A DNA stretch of 64,000 bases from an uncultured delta proteobacterium. GTDB taxonomy: Bacteria > Desulfobacterota > Binatia > HRBIN30 > BPIQ01. The notes under the pieces were generated by a model. That model had not been told where the DNA came from, made no database searches, and saw only the letters and a program-made list of their open reading frames with translations. The stretch spans positions 96,001 through 160,000 of the forward strand of contig CAVXGR010000004.1 in the NCBI GenBank assembly GCA_963761335.1, read 5' to 3'. The position numbers and the translations under genes were made by a program. Each line of letters begins with the position of its first letter. Position 1 is the stretch's first letter. Shown piece by piece: positions 20,554 to 30,588 of the stretch.

Positions 20554-21147
20554 TCAGTCGCCGTCCATATCGGCGCCGCCGTCGCCCTCGTCGTGCTCGA
20601 CCTCGATGTCGACTTCGTCGGTGGTGCTGGCGCCGTCGGAGGTGGTGACCTTGGCGATGGCGACATAGTCGCCGGCGGTCTGGTAGGTATGGGTCGGGTT
20701 GGTCTCGTTCGACGGGGAGGCGCCGTCACCGAAGTCCCAGCTGATGGTGCCGGAGCCCTCGGTGCACTCGTAGTCGACGGTGAAGTGCACGGTCAGCGGC
20801 GGCGGCCCGAAATCGGGCTCGGCATCGGCGATCACCGAGCAGTCGGCCTCGTTCTCGGTGTCACCCTCGCCTTCCGCCGCGGCGCCGGCCTCCGGCTGCT
20901 GCTGCATGGGTGCCGCGGCGTGCGGCGGTGTCGGCACGGTTCCCTCGCCGATGGTGGGCAGCTCGCGCGAGGTGGGCATCATCGCCGCCGGGGCCATGGT
21001 CGGCTTGGCGCCGGCCCCCGGCGCGATTGCCGCGGGCTTCTCGGCGGTGGGCGCCGGCGGCGCCGTGGTTTGCTGGCAGCTGTCGCATCCGGCCGCGACG
21101 GCCGCCAGGACGAAGAAGCTCAGCAGTTTCCACCACGAGTGGTTCAC
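20554..21147 (-). CDS. PKD-domain lipoprotein
   Basis: GTG start, lipobox AAGC, WDFGDG and PTHTY PKD motifs. Confidence 0.8.
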   Translation of the reverse strand: MNHSWWKLLSFFVLAAVAAGCDSCQQTTAPPAPTAEKPAAIAPGAGAKPTMAPAAMMPTSRELPTIGEGTVPTPPHAAAPMQQQPEAGAAAEGEGDTENEADCSVIADAEPDFGPPPLTVHFTVDYECTEGSGTISWDFGDGASPSNETNPTHTYQTAGDYVAIAKVTTSDGASTTDEVDIEVEHDEGDGGADMDGD

Positions 21148-21155
21148 GGCTCCTC

Positions 21156-22037
21156 CTACTGTCGCGTGGGCAGCGGTTTTGGTGTGGGTGGCGCCTTTGG
21201 TACCCGGCGCGGCGGTCGCGGCACTTCCTTTGGCCGCAGCAGGCGAATCTGCTTCACCGGCCCGGGGTTGCCGCCCCGATCGCGCAGCCGCACGCTGATC
21301 AGCGTCTCGCCGACCGGGAAGTTCCATGCGCGCGCCACCATCATGCAGAACTGGACCTCCGACTCCGGCTTCTTATAGGCCCAGTCCTCGCTGGAATCCA
21401 AGGTGCAGGCCGACTCCGAGTCGATGAACACCTCGAAGCGGCAGGAGAGGTCGTTGAGGGTGTCGGCGACTTTCTGGGTCTCGGCGAAGCTCGGTGGCTT
21501 GATGGCGGGCACGCCGCCGATGTGCGGCCGCATGCGGTCGCAGACTTCGGGGCTGCCGTCGCCGAGGGGCCGGTCGACCTCGATCTCCAGATCCGGCCGC
21601 TGCTTCGGATCGGTGGGCGAGGAGCCGAACAGGCGCCGGCCGACGTCGTAGCCGCTCAGCCCCGGCCGTGCCTCGATGACCAGCTGGAACCCGGAGCCGA
21701 CGAAGTTCTTGTAGGTGGCGACGCCCTTGGAGTCGACCGATTCCGGGTCGATGTTCTTGCCGTCGGCACGGGTGATGCCGAGGAAGGTGATCTCCGGCCC
21801 GATCGGCTCTCCCGGTTTTCCCTTGCGCACCGGGCGCTTGGTGCGCACCGGCGTCGGCGAGACGACGCTGCCGCTCGGCGGGACCGTGGGAAACGGCGTC
21901 GGTGCGTAGGTCTCCTGCGCGCCCTGCATCGAACGTGCCGTGGCCGGTCTGGATTTCTTCGCGGCGCACGCCGAAAGCGCCGCTGCGGTGAGGAAACTCG
22001 TGATGATTAGGCCAACGTGCTGCGCTCGAACTCGCAT
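21156..22037 (-). CDS. Hypothetical lipoprotein
   Basis: Lipobox LSAC, Pro-rich linker, Cys-containing domain. Confidence 0.7.
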   Translation of the reverse strand: MRVRAQHVGLIITSFLTAAALSACAAKKSRPATARSMQGAQETYAPTPFPTVPPSGSVVSPTPVRTKRPVRKGKPGEPIGPEITFLGITRADGKNIDPESVDSKGVATYKNFVGSGFQLVIEARPGLSGYDVGRRLFGSSPTDPKQRPDLEIEVDRPLGDGSPEVCDRMRPHIGGVPAIKPPSFAETQKVADTLNDLSCRFEVFIDSESACTLDSSEDWAYKKPESEVQFCMMVARAWNFPVGETLISVRLRDRGGNPGPVKQIRLLRPKEVPRPPRRVPKAPPTPKPLPTRQ

Positions 22038-22138
22038 TCGTACCTCCGGTCCCGAGGCTATTAACGGTCGCCGTGCAGGGAGTCAACGCCATCTGGCGCG
22101 CTTGCGCGCCTTCCAGCGATCCGCTATTGCCGCCAGTG

Positions 22139-22585
22139 ATGCGGATTCGTCTGGTCGTTCTCTTGGCGCTGGCGGCGCTCGGTGCGCAGGGGTGCGCGAG
22201 TAAGAGGGCGACCATCAACGACAGGGTACCGCCGGCCTGGCTCGGCCAGCTCGCCGGTCAGCCGCTGGCGGTCGAGGACGTTCAGGCCAGCCACTCCGAT
22301 GGGACGCACGCGATCTTCTTCAAGCTCTCGCGCTTTCCCGAGAGCGTCACCCACGCGGACTCGGCGGATGGCGTGCCGCGGATCAGCATCGATCTCGGCG
22401 GTCCGCAGGCCGAGGATCTGCCGCAAGAGCAGATCACGCTGGCGGACTCGCTGGTGCACACGGTGATGATCTCGCGCTCCGGGGGCACCGTGCATCTAGT
22501 CATGGACCTGGGCGGCGATCGCGTGCCGCCGTACAGCGTGCACGAGATGGCCGACTGGATCATGGTGCGCCTGACGCCGAAATGA
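22139..22585 (+). CDS. Hypothetical lipoprotein (AMIN-domain-like)
   Basis: Lipobox AQGC, PRISIDL, VHLVMDL. Confidence 0.65.
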   Translation: MRIRLVVLLALAALGAQGCASKRATINDRVPPAWLGQLAGQPLAVEDVQASHSDGTHAIFFKLSRFPESVTHADSADGVPRISIDLGGPQAEDLPQEQITLADSLVHTVMISRSGGTVHLVMDLGGDRVPPYSVHEMADWIMVRLTPK

Positions 22586-22652
22586 AGCGCCGGGGCGCCT
22601 GCCGCCGCCGCTCTTGCAAGCGATTGCGGGTCGAGTATACGGTCGTGCCGTT

Positions 22653-23330
22653 ATGCTGAGGCAGCGTGGGATTGTGGCGGCGGGAGTCGCCGCGGTGCTG
22701 GCGGTCGCCTCGGCGGCGCCGGCGCAGTTCGTCGGCGGCTCGCAGCGGCAGCGCTACGAGCGCCACACCAAGGGCGGCAGCATCGACGACTACGTCAAGA
22801 AGCTGCGCAGCGACGATGCGGAGGAGCGCCTCCAGGCGGTGCGCTCGCTCGGCGAGAGCGGCGACAAGAAGGCGATCGAGTACCTGTTGCAGGCGGTGGG
22901 CGATGCCGACGTGCGGGTGCGCGCCAAGGCCATCGCCATGCTCGGCCAGATGCGCGCCACCGAGGCGACGCCGCTGTTGATTCAGGACCTCTTCCTGCGC
23001 AGCACCGACCCGCAGATGAAGACGCTCATCCTGGCGTCGCTCGGCAAGATCGGCGACGCCCGCGCCACCAAGCCGGTGATCGACTTCCTCGAGCAGGACC
23101 TCGACAAGGAGACGCGCGGCACCGCCATCTTCGCCCTCGGCGACATCGGCTCTCCCGACGCCGAGGAGGCGCTGCGCGGCATCGAGCAGAAGGAGACCGA
23201 CCCGACGCTGCGCCGCCTCGCCTCCGAGGCCCTCGCCAAGGTGCGTCAGCGGCAGGCAGCGCAGTCCGCCGAGACCAACAAGCCCTTCGAAAATTTCCTC
23301 GCCAAGGACCAGCCGCCGCCCGAGAAATAG
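22653..23330 (+). CDS. Exported HEAT-repeat protein
   Basis: Signal peptide and repeated A..ALG.IG helical units. Confidence 0.8.
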   Translation: MLRQRGIVAAGVAAVLAVASAAPAQFVGGSQRQRYERHTKGGSIDDYVKKLRSDDAEERLQAVRSLGESGDKKAIEYLLQAVGDADVRVRAKAIAMLGQMRATEATPLLIQDLFLRSTDPQMKTLILASLGKIGDARATKPVIDFLEQDLDKETRGTAIFALGDIGSPDAEEALRGIEQKETDPTLRRLASEALAKVRQRQAAQSAETNKPFENFLAKDQPPPEK

Positions 23331-23367
23331 AGCGCCTCGGGCGCCGCCGCCTCGTCCTTCCGGCCAC

Positions 23368-23451
23368 GGCCCTGTGGTGGAACTGGCAGACACGGCAGAC
23401 TCAAAATCTGCTGCGGGCAACCGCGTGGGGGTTCAAGTCCCTCCAGGGCCA
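23368..23451 (+). tRNA. tRNA-Leu (CAA)
   Basis: Acceptor stem GGCCCTG/CAGGGCC, anticodon arm GCAGA-CTCAAAA-TCTGC, long variable arm, T arm GGGGG-TTCAAGT-CCCTC. CCA is not encoded. Confidence 0.96.
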
Positions 23452-23689
23452 TTCAATGAAATCAAGGGGTTAGGCGATTCGGAGCCATGGGTGGAGAGGG
23501 CGGAAGATCCGGGGTAAGCAGCGGGTAAGCAGGCGGAAGGGAGTCGCGGCCCGGGGCAAGCGGATCGGCCGCGAAGAGCGTAGAGCCCCGCCCAAAGCCA
23601 CATCCCAGGGCGATTCACGGACGATCTGGTTCCCTGAGGTCTTCGCGAGCCGCCCGTTCGAGCAGAGGTGGGGGGAACTGCTTGAACCG

Positions 23690-24358
23690 ATGTCCGCCGA
23701 GGACTGGGCCACGTATGGAAACGTTGCCGATGCGTCGCGTGTCAAACAGATGGTCACGGAGGAACTGCAGACGGCAATTGCTGAAGCTGAGGCCGAGTTG
23801 TCGGGCCAAGGTCTTTCGCCGTCGCTCTGGCGAGAGGCGCGGGCATACCTCGTCGTGGATTCCGGCGTCGTGGTCGATTACACCCTCTGGCCCGCTTTCG
23901 ACCTCTCCCCCCGGCTGCAGGCTCTGATCGGGCGAAAGCGACTTCGTGAGAAGGGTTCGTTGCACAAACGAGAGCGGGAACAACTTGAGGCGCTGGGGGA
24001 AGAGGTGAAAAACTGCCGCCAATGCCAACGGTCACTGAACGCCAGAAGAGCGGCCGACGCTACCGGAGAGCAGCTAGAGTTCGAACTGAGAAAGCGAGTT
24101 TGGGATCACCATCGCAAAGCTGCTCAACGCCTCGAGCACGGATTTGCCAGAGCGGATATCGATCTGGATCCTGCGTGGGCTGCAGTACTCAAGGGCGCTG
24201 TCGCTCAAGCTGCTCTCGACGCGATCGATCGGCCGGGGGCTCTTTTCGCCGCCGGCAGCTACCTGGCCAGCCAGCGCCTGGTGCAATATCTGCTCAAGAC
24301 ACTACCACCGCTCGAGCGGCGCGCTGCTCGAGTCGCGTTTGCGGCCGCTCAGCGGTGA
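23690..24358 (+). CDS. Hypothetical protein
   Basis: 222-aa ORF with protein-like composition, no recognised motif. Confidence 0.55.
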   Translation: MSAEDWATYGNVADASRVKQMVTEELQTAIAEAEAELSGQGLSPSLWREARAYLVVDSGVVVDYTLWPAFDLSPRLQALIGRKRLREKGSLHKREREQLEALGEEVKNCRQCQRSLNARRAADATGEQLEFELRKRVWDHHRKAAQRLEHGFARADIDLDPAWAAVLKGAVAQAALDAIDRPGALFAAGSYLASQRLVQYLLKTLPPLERRAARVAFAAAQR

Positions 24359-24881
24359 TCCAGCTATGTGTTCCTGCAGCCAGGCTGCGAAGCCGCACCT
24401 GCGCCCGCCGGCGCTCCTTGACCGCTTGGCCGTAGGTGCGCACCACCTGCCGCCTCTGGTGACCGGCACGCTCGGGAACGTAGATGCCTTTGAGGGATCC
24501 CTCCTCCAGCTGGCGCGCCATCCGCCCGACATCGAGCCGGTCGGTCTTGACCGACAGGCCCGGTGGTCTCTCCATGCGGCTCGGCGCAATCACCGTCACC
24601 GCGATCTTCTCTTCCCGCGCCCACCACGCCAGCTCGTAGCCGAACCCGCACGCTTCGAACGCCAGGTGCACCGCACAGCCCACGTAGCGCCGCACCAGCG
24701 CCTGCAGATGCTGGATCTCCCCGCTCGTGCTCAGACGCAACCGCTCTGCCCCTTGCCAGCGCACGCAGTAGACCCACTTCGAGCGCGACAGGTCCACAGC
24801 GATCTTCACCTCGGTGCCCGGTGGCGGCTGTCCGCGGTGCTCTTGCTCGCGCTGGTCCTCCAAGCGTAACCTCTTGCCCAT
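24356..24881 (-). pseudogene. IS110-family transposase, N-terminal DEDD domain only
   Basis: KIAVDLSRSKW, AFEACGFG, VKTDRLD. Frame breaks after RLRSL and the C-terminal domain is absent. Confidence 0.85.
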
Positions 24882-25026
24882 GGGAGCCTCCTTCTCGGCT
24901 GCGGTTTGGCCCGCAGTCGCTTGCTTGTGATTCCGGGAAGGGTATGGCTCCCATTTTTCCGCGCAACCCGCTCAACACGGAGCACATGGTAACTATCCGC
25001 AATCGCGGGAACAGAGGCGGGCGTAA

Positions 25027-26430
25027 TCAACGAACGTCGCGTGTGACGTCCCCACCACCGGCCTCGCCGGGGGATCGGTGTTCGGCGCTCAAGAGTGCCA
25101 AAACGCGATCGGCGATCCGCCGAGGGGTGTCGACGACGATCGAGTCCGACCCCGGCGATTCCCAAAAGCCGTCGAGCGTCTGGGGCAATCTCGCTGCCAG
25201 ATCCTCGGGACGAACGAAGCGTGCCATGCCGGCTGCCACCAGAGGGGCCATCGTCGGCACGCCGGTGGCCGACGTGAGCAGGACCCGGCGACCGAGCAGG
25301 GCCGCATCGAGAGCCATCAACGAAGAAACAGTGACCACGACGTCCGCCGCCAACAGCGCGCGACGGGGAGATGGCTGCCGCGACATCGTCACGCCGGGCG
25401 CCAAAAGACGCTTGAGCGCGAGGTTCTCCTTCGGATGTGGCCGGACGACCAGTACGCCACCCGCGAGTCTCGAGACGGCTTCCCGCAGTTGTGGGATCAG
25501 TCTCTGGTTCTCGGAAAGGCCCTGCGATACGAAGAGAATGAGCCGTTCGTTGCTGCCCACGCCAAGCGTCCGCCGTCCCTCCGTGCGCTCGACGGCGAGA
25601 TCGAGCCCGCCTTCGTTTTCCTCACGGCCCACGGCCCGAAATCCCTGCGCACCGTAGCGCGCACAGTAGCTCGCAACGAAATCGCCGACGACCAAGTCTC
25701 TTTGGAAGCCAGGGCGGCCAGCGGTGGCACGCGCCGCAGAAGCTGCGAGTTCACCGAAGGTGCGCCAACACAGAGAATCCGCCGCCGTGCCGCCTCGAGG
25801 GCGATGAATCGTGCCAGAGGGTCCTCTCGTCGGGCACGATGACCATCAATGGTCGATGGCGGTCGAGATAGGCGGCGACGGCCGCCGCCCTTCGTGGCAA
25901 TGGGCGAAGCCGCTCGGGAGCCGGGAAGGGCAGCTCGTCCAGCCCGGTGTCAGCGGACGGAGGCGCCTCGAGCGCGGCTTGGATCGCCGACGACAAGCGC
26001 CGCGCCCCGCGAGCGGCCGAAGCGCTGAGCCACCGATCGGCGGCGACATGGCGCAGGCCGTGCTCGTCGTAGGCCGAGCGCCAGCCGCCCGGCGTGATCG
26101 TAGTGGGCCAGGATGAGCGTCCTCAACCCCTGGCGCTCGAGCTCCGGCAGCGCGTCGCGGAAGATCCAGCCACTGCCGAAGCTGACGTCGCCGGCGAGGA
26201 CGATGTCCGCCGGCTCGATCGCCGAAGGCTGTTGATGCCGGCGCCAAAGAAATCCTTCGATGCCGCGGCCAACCGGCGCGAGCGGGCCGGCGAGAATGTG
26301 GTGAAGCCTCTCGCGATTGAGCTGCGCCGCCCACAGAGCGCGGTGGAGCCGGCAAGAGCTCCGCGCCTCCTCGCCCGCTGCGGCCAGAGCGAGCCGTACA
26401 GATCCTCGGCGACTCCGTTCTTGATGAGTT
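25027..26430 (-). pseudogene. GT-B surface-polysaccharide transferase-like gene, frameshifted
   Basis: VVRPHPKE and LLAADVVVTVSSLMALDAALLGRRV. Pieces lie in at least three frames, and the start is approximate. Confidence 0.55.
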
Positions 26431-26593
26431 CCCAAACGCTGTGGGAGCCGACCTTAAGCCGGGCGAGAGCCTGCGCGCAGGCTCCGCGGTCGGCTCGGCG
26501 ATGAGTCGCGAGTTGCCCCGCGGCTTCGAGAGTATCGGCGGGACGATCCCAGGCCGCGCCGGGTAGTTCAACGGCTCGGAGAAGCCTGCGGCC

Positions 26594-27179
26594 TCATAAG
26601 AGGCGGCCTGCAGGTCCGAAGCGACCAGCGAATCGATGATCCGAAAGGTCGCGCCCCACACGACGCGCCCGGTGTAGTGGATGGCTTCGGCTTCGATGTG
26701 GACGCCGTTCACCGTCCACGGATAGCCGCGGCGCAGGGTGGGGTCGGCGTGGGCCCGCATAGAGGCATCGCGAAGACCTCGGCGACCTCGCCGGGGTCGA
26801 GGACGAACGGGTAGTCGGCCGGAATGCGCCCGACGAGGGGCGTGATCACGAAGCGCGAGCTCATCGTCTGGACGTCGGGCAGAGAGCCGACGATCTCGAC
26901 GTCACCGCGCCGTAGCCGATCTCCTCCTCGGCTTCGCGCAGCGCGGTGTCGACGAGCGACTCGTCGTATCGCGGACCGAACCTTCCCCCGGGAAAGCCCC
27001 TTGGCCCTTGTGGGTCGGAAGAGACTCGGTCCGCAACGTCAGTATCACCTCGATGTCGCTTCCCGCGGGCACGAGCGGGACGAGCACAGCGGCGCGAATC
27101 GAGGATTCGCTCACGCCCGCTTCCAAGCCGAGCCAGACGTGATCGCCGATCTCGTCGCGACCGCGAGCGACTTGCACAT
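26594..27179 (-). pseudogene. Nudix CoA pyrophosphatase (NudL-like), frameshifted
   Basis: AAVLVPL, LTLRTESLPTHKGQ, FPGG, TALREAEEEIG, VWGATFRII across frames. Ends are approximate. Confidence 0.8.
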
Positions 27180-27445
27180 GGCGACCCGCAGCCCTGTGCG
27201 TGAAGCCCCGGCGGCGCGATTTTGGAGTGCGGCAGCTTGCTCCCGCTTTGCCCGATGACGGCCAGTCGCCACGACACGCAGCCGGATCGCGGGCCATCTC
27301 GACGGCCGGCCGCTCGCGCGAAGGGCGGTGTCGCCAGTGGATCTGCGGCCTCGACTGCCCGTGCAGAATTGCGCGATACCGAGGCGGTGCCCTGGGATCA
27401 GGGTCGAACCTGTAACTGTCGGGAGAGGCTCAGCGGCGCGGAAGC

Positions 27446-28185
27446 TCACGGGAAGGCGAACAGCGAGCCCTGGAGGATCGGCGTGACGAAGGCGGCCTGG
27501 TCGAGAGTCAGATACATCCCGCGGGGCCCTCGGCTGCTTCGACGCTGTTCTCTTGCGTGTTCTTCTGACCAGAAGAATACGGACTTCCGTCAGAAGGCGT
27601 GGATGATGCTCGGGTCCTTGCAGCTTCTCGAAGTCCACCAGTGGAACGAAGATCAGCGGCTCGCGCCTCTTCGGGGACGACGGTGTAACGCAGCTCACTG
27701 TCGATCTCGATCGCAGCGGGCGCGCGCAGTGCGCGCACTCGCGTGTTCGATGGTGACCGTCAACCGGCTCTTCGTCTGAGGTGCCCTTGCACGAAGGGCA
27801 TGGCGAAGGTGTCGATCGCTCAGGGCGAGTACGCTTCCTCGCCGGTGCTGAAGATGGGCGCGGTGCGGCGTCGCTTCCACGGTCACCGGATAGGCCCAGG
27901 TGACTTCGCCGCGTCTCGATTCGGAACAGGAAGGTGAGGTGCTGCTCGAGCTCTCGAGAATGGCGCGACCGAGGCAGTGCGAGATCGAGCGCCGCCGCGA
28001 TCGCTCGAGCGACAGCGGCCCGCCAACGCGAGGCAGCTCACGCACGGCGAAGTCGCGCACGCGATGGTGATCTTCCGACATGAACCGAGGCCTGCGTGAT
28101 CTTGCGGCCATTGCCGAAGCATACGCGCCACTGTCATTGATGCGGATCGGAACATGAACGACAAGGAGCGCAACGCGTCGTGATG
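27446..28185 (-). CDS. MerB-like organometal lyase with two in-frame TGA codons (candidate selenoprotein). Contains indels, start approximate
   Basis: Manual translation across frameshifts: FMSEDHHRVRDFAVRELP..WAYPVTVEATPHR..FSTGEEAYSP*AIDTFAMPF..ECAHCARPL..PLIFVPLVDF..DPSIIHAF*RKSVFFWSEEHARE..LTLDQA..FAFP-stop. Confidence 0.72.
27560..27592 (-). promoter_or_regulatory. TGA plus SECIS-like hairpin (second candidate Sec codon)
   Basis: TGA at 27592-27590, then 12 nt, then stem TTCTTCT, loop GGTC, AGAAGAA. Confidence 0.65.
27782..27822 (-). promoter_or_regulatory. TGA plus SECIS-like hairpin (first candidate Sec codon)
   Basis: TGA at 27822-27820, then 19 nt, then stem TGCCCTT, loop CGTGC, AAGGGCA. 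Confidence 0.55.
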
Positions 28186-28235
28186 CGTGCTATACTCTGG
28201 CTCGATGACGGACTCAATGATGCGCCTTGCTCTGC

Positions 28236-28343
28236 GTAGACGAGGCGTCTCGCCTCGTCAGGGGAGACGCCGAGGCACCGCGGTTGCTTGAGCCGTTCGC
28301 CCGCCCCCCGAAAGCGGCGAGACGCCGAGACGCCGCTTCTACT
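28236..28343. repeat. Inverted pair of GTAG REPs (REPIN-like)
   Basis: GTAGACGAGGCGTCTCGCCTCGTC at 28236 and ...GAGACGCCGCTTCTAC ending at about 28342. Confidence 0.7.
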
Positions 28344-28731
28344 TTGCCGCCGCGGCCACTTGAATCTCGGCGCAGCGAGAGGCGCTGCGTTTACAATATG
28401 GGGGGCTCTCTGGTAGAGACATCGCATGCAGCGATCTTTTGTCTCGACACGGTCTTCGCGTCGCTCATGCGCGCATCATCCACGAGAGCGTCGAGGCGGA
28501 GGACGCTCTGCTGATCGACCTCGACGCGGCGTCTACTACAACCTGCGGGGCGTCGCTGCGACATCTGGAAGAGCGCTGTCTTGGGCTTGTCCCTGATGCG
28601 ATTGGGTGAGTGAGAAGGTATGGCTGAGAGGAAGAGGTGGGAAGTGTGCGTTGGGAGGTGCTGATGAGAAGGGCTTATGGTGTGCGAAAGGCGAACTGCG
28701 GCTTGCGTGCACAGGCGGGTACACTTGGCGA

Positions 28732-29888
28732 ATGGAGCGCACACGATTGAAGGTTGCTGCGCGCGATGATCTGCGAGGTAGCGAGCGGCTTAGGGTGGTG
28801 GCTCTGTGCGCTAGAACGCGAGATAGAGGCTACTTCGTGCGCTCGCGCGCGCTTCGGAAGGCGGCCGGCGGCGGCGAAGCGGTGCGCCGGCTGTCGTGCC
28901 GCATCGCCGGCCAGAACGTGGTGCTGCGCTGCGCGGGCACCGGCCTGGCGGTGTTCCTGCTGCCGGCGCTGCAACACCTCTCCGCGGGCGCTGATCGGTC
29001 GCCGTTGCTCGAGGTCGACGCCTTCGAGGACCGCGCAGGAGGGGAGGCCGCGCCAATTCCGGGTCCGTTGCTCGCCGCGGCGGCGCGCGCGGCCGCTCCG
29101 GCTCCGGGGACAGCCTCGCCGGTGTACACCTACGCCGGCCGGCGCTACCGCGCCACCTGGTTCACGGCGACCTCCCACACCGAGGTCACCCTGCTCGACG
29201 TGGACGGCTGTACTGTCCGTTGCGATCTTTTCAAGCGCCGCGGCCGGTTTGCCCTCGCTCCCCGCCTCCGCGCCCCTGCGCTCGCTCTTCGCTCTGTGGT
29301 TCGAGCATCAATCATGACTCTGGTCACGGGCCGCCTGGGCACCGCGGCAAGGCCTTCTGATGTGCAAGAGACGCGGCGGCAGTCGAGACGAGTCCAATCG
29401 CATGCATGGGCAGCGGCCTGTGCTGCGCCGGGGACGACTCGCTCCTGGTCGATCAGGGCGAGCGCGGTGCCCGCGTCCATTCGATCTACTGCTCCGGGTC
29501 GGTGGCCAACGCCGACGTCGAGATTCATCCGGCGCTGCGGGAGCTGGTCCTGCGGCCGCGCCTGGATCGCCCCAAGATGCAGTTCTTCCTCGGGCGGCAT
29601 CGCGCCTGGCTCGCCGAGTCTTTCCTGGTGCGTGCCGTCCTGCTGCCGAAGCTCGTCGACGGGGCAGGCTCACGCCTGGTGCCGGCATCGCCGTCACGAG
29701 CGCTGCTGGTCCTCGGACCGAGCTCGATCAATCTCGCGGGTGGACGCCGGCGGCGCGTCTCGCCCGCATTGCTGCCCTGGCACGCGCGCTCCCTGCTCTC
29801 TCTGGAGCTCGGCCGGCGAACCGCCGAGGTGCCTGAGATCCTGCGCGGGCTCCTCGCGCAGCTGGGAGCCGCGCCGACCGCCGCCTGA
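28732..29888 (+). pseudogene. Hypothetical, possibly HPr-kinase-related protein, frameshifted
   Basis: Protein-like stretches in several frames and a DDSLLV Walker-B-like segment. The P-loop region is garbled. Confidence 0.35.
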
Positions 29889-29901
29889 GGAAATCGAGAC
29901 C

Positions 29902-30582
29902 GTGAGCCGACCCGCCGTCAGCGTCGTTGTGCCGGCCTTCGAGCCGGGGAGTACCTCGCGGAGGCGATCGACAGCCTTCTGGCGCAGACCCGTCCCGCCC
30001 TGGAGATCATCGTCGTCGACGACGGATCGAATCCTCCGTGCAAATCGGTATGCGACGCCTGGCCGGCGGTTCGTTACGCCGTGCAGGAGCATCGCGGCCC
30101 GGCTGCGGCGCGCAATGCCGGCGTCGAGCTGAGCCGCGGCGCTTTCGTCGCCTTCCAGGACGCCGACGACCTGAGCACCCCGGACAGACTCGAAGTGCAG
30201 CTGCGCGCCCTCGAGCACGATCCCGTCCTTGGCTTCGTGCTGTCTCGCCTGGAGAACTTCCACGATGCGAACTTCGCCCTGCCGGCCTGGTTCAGCCTCG
30301 AAGCCGAGTCTCGGGATCGCATGGGATTCGCCAGCACTGCTGTCGTGCGTCGCGAGACCTGGGCGCGGGTCGGCCCCTTCGATACGGAGTACTGGATCGG
30401 CGAGGACGTCGACTGGCTGCTCCGCGCCCGGGATCTCGGCGTGAAGAGCGCCGTCTGCCCGGAGGTGCTGGTGCGCCGCCGCATCCACGACCGCAATCTC
30501 TCGCCGACGTCAGCCTCGGACACCGGACCTGGCGCGGATCCTGCGCGCCTCCCTGCGGCGACGCGCCGAGCGCGCCACCTGA
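29902..30582 (+). pseudogene. GT2 glycosyltransferase, frameshifted
   Basis: VSVVVPAF, EIIVVDDGS, GPAAARNAG, AFQDADD, GEDVDW. Confidence 0.8.
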
Positions 30583-30588
30583 AGCTCG

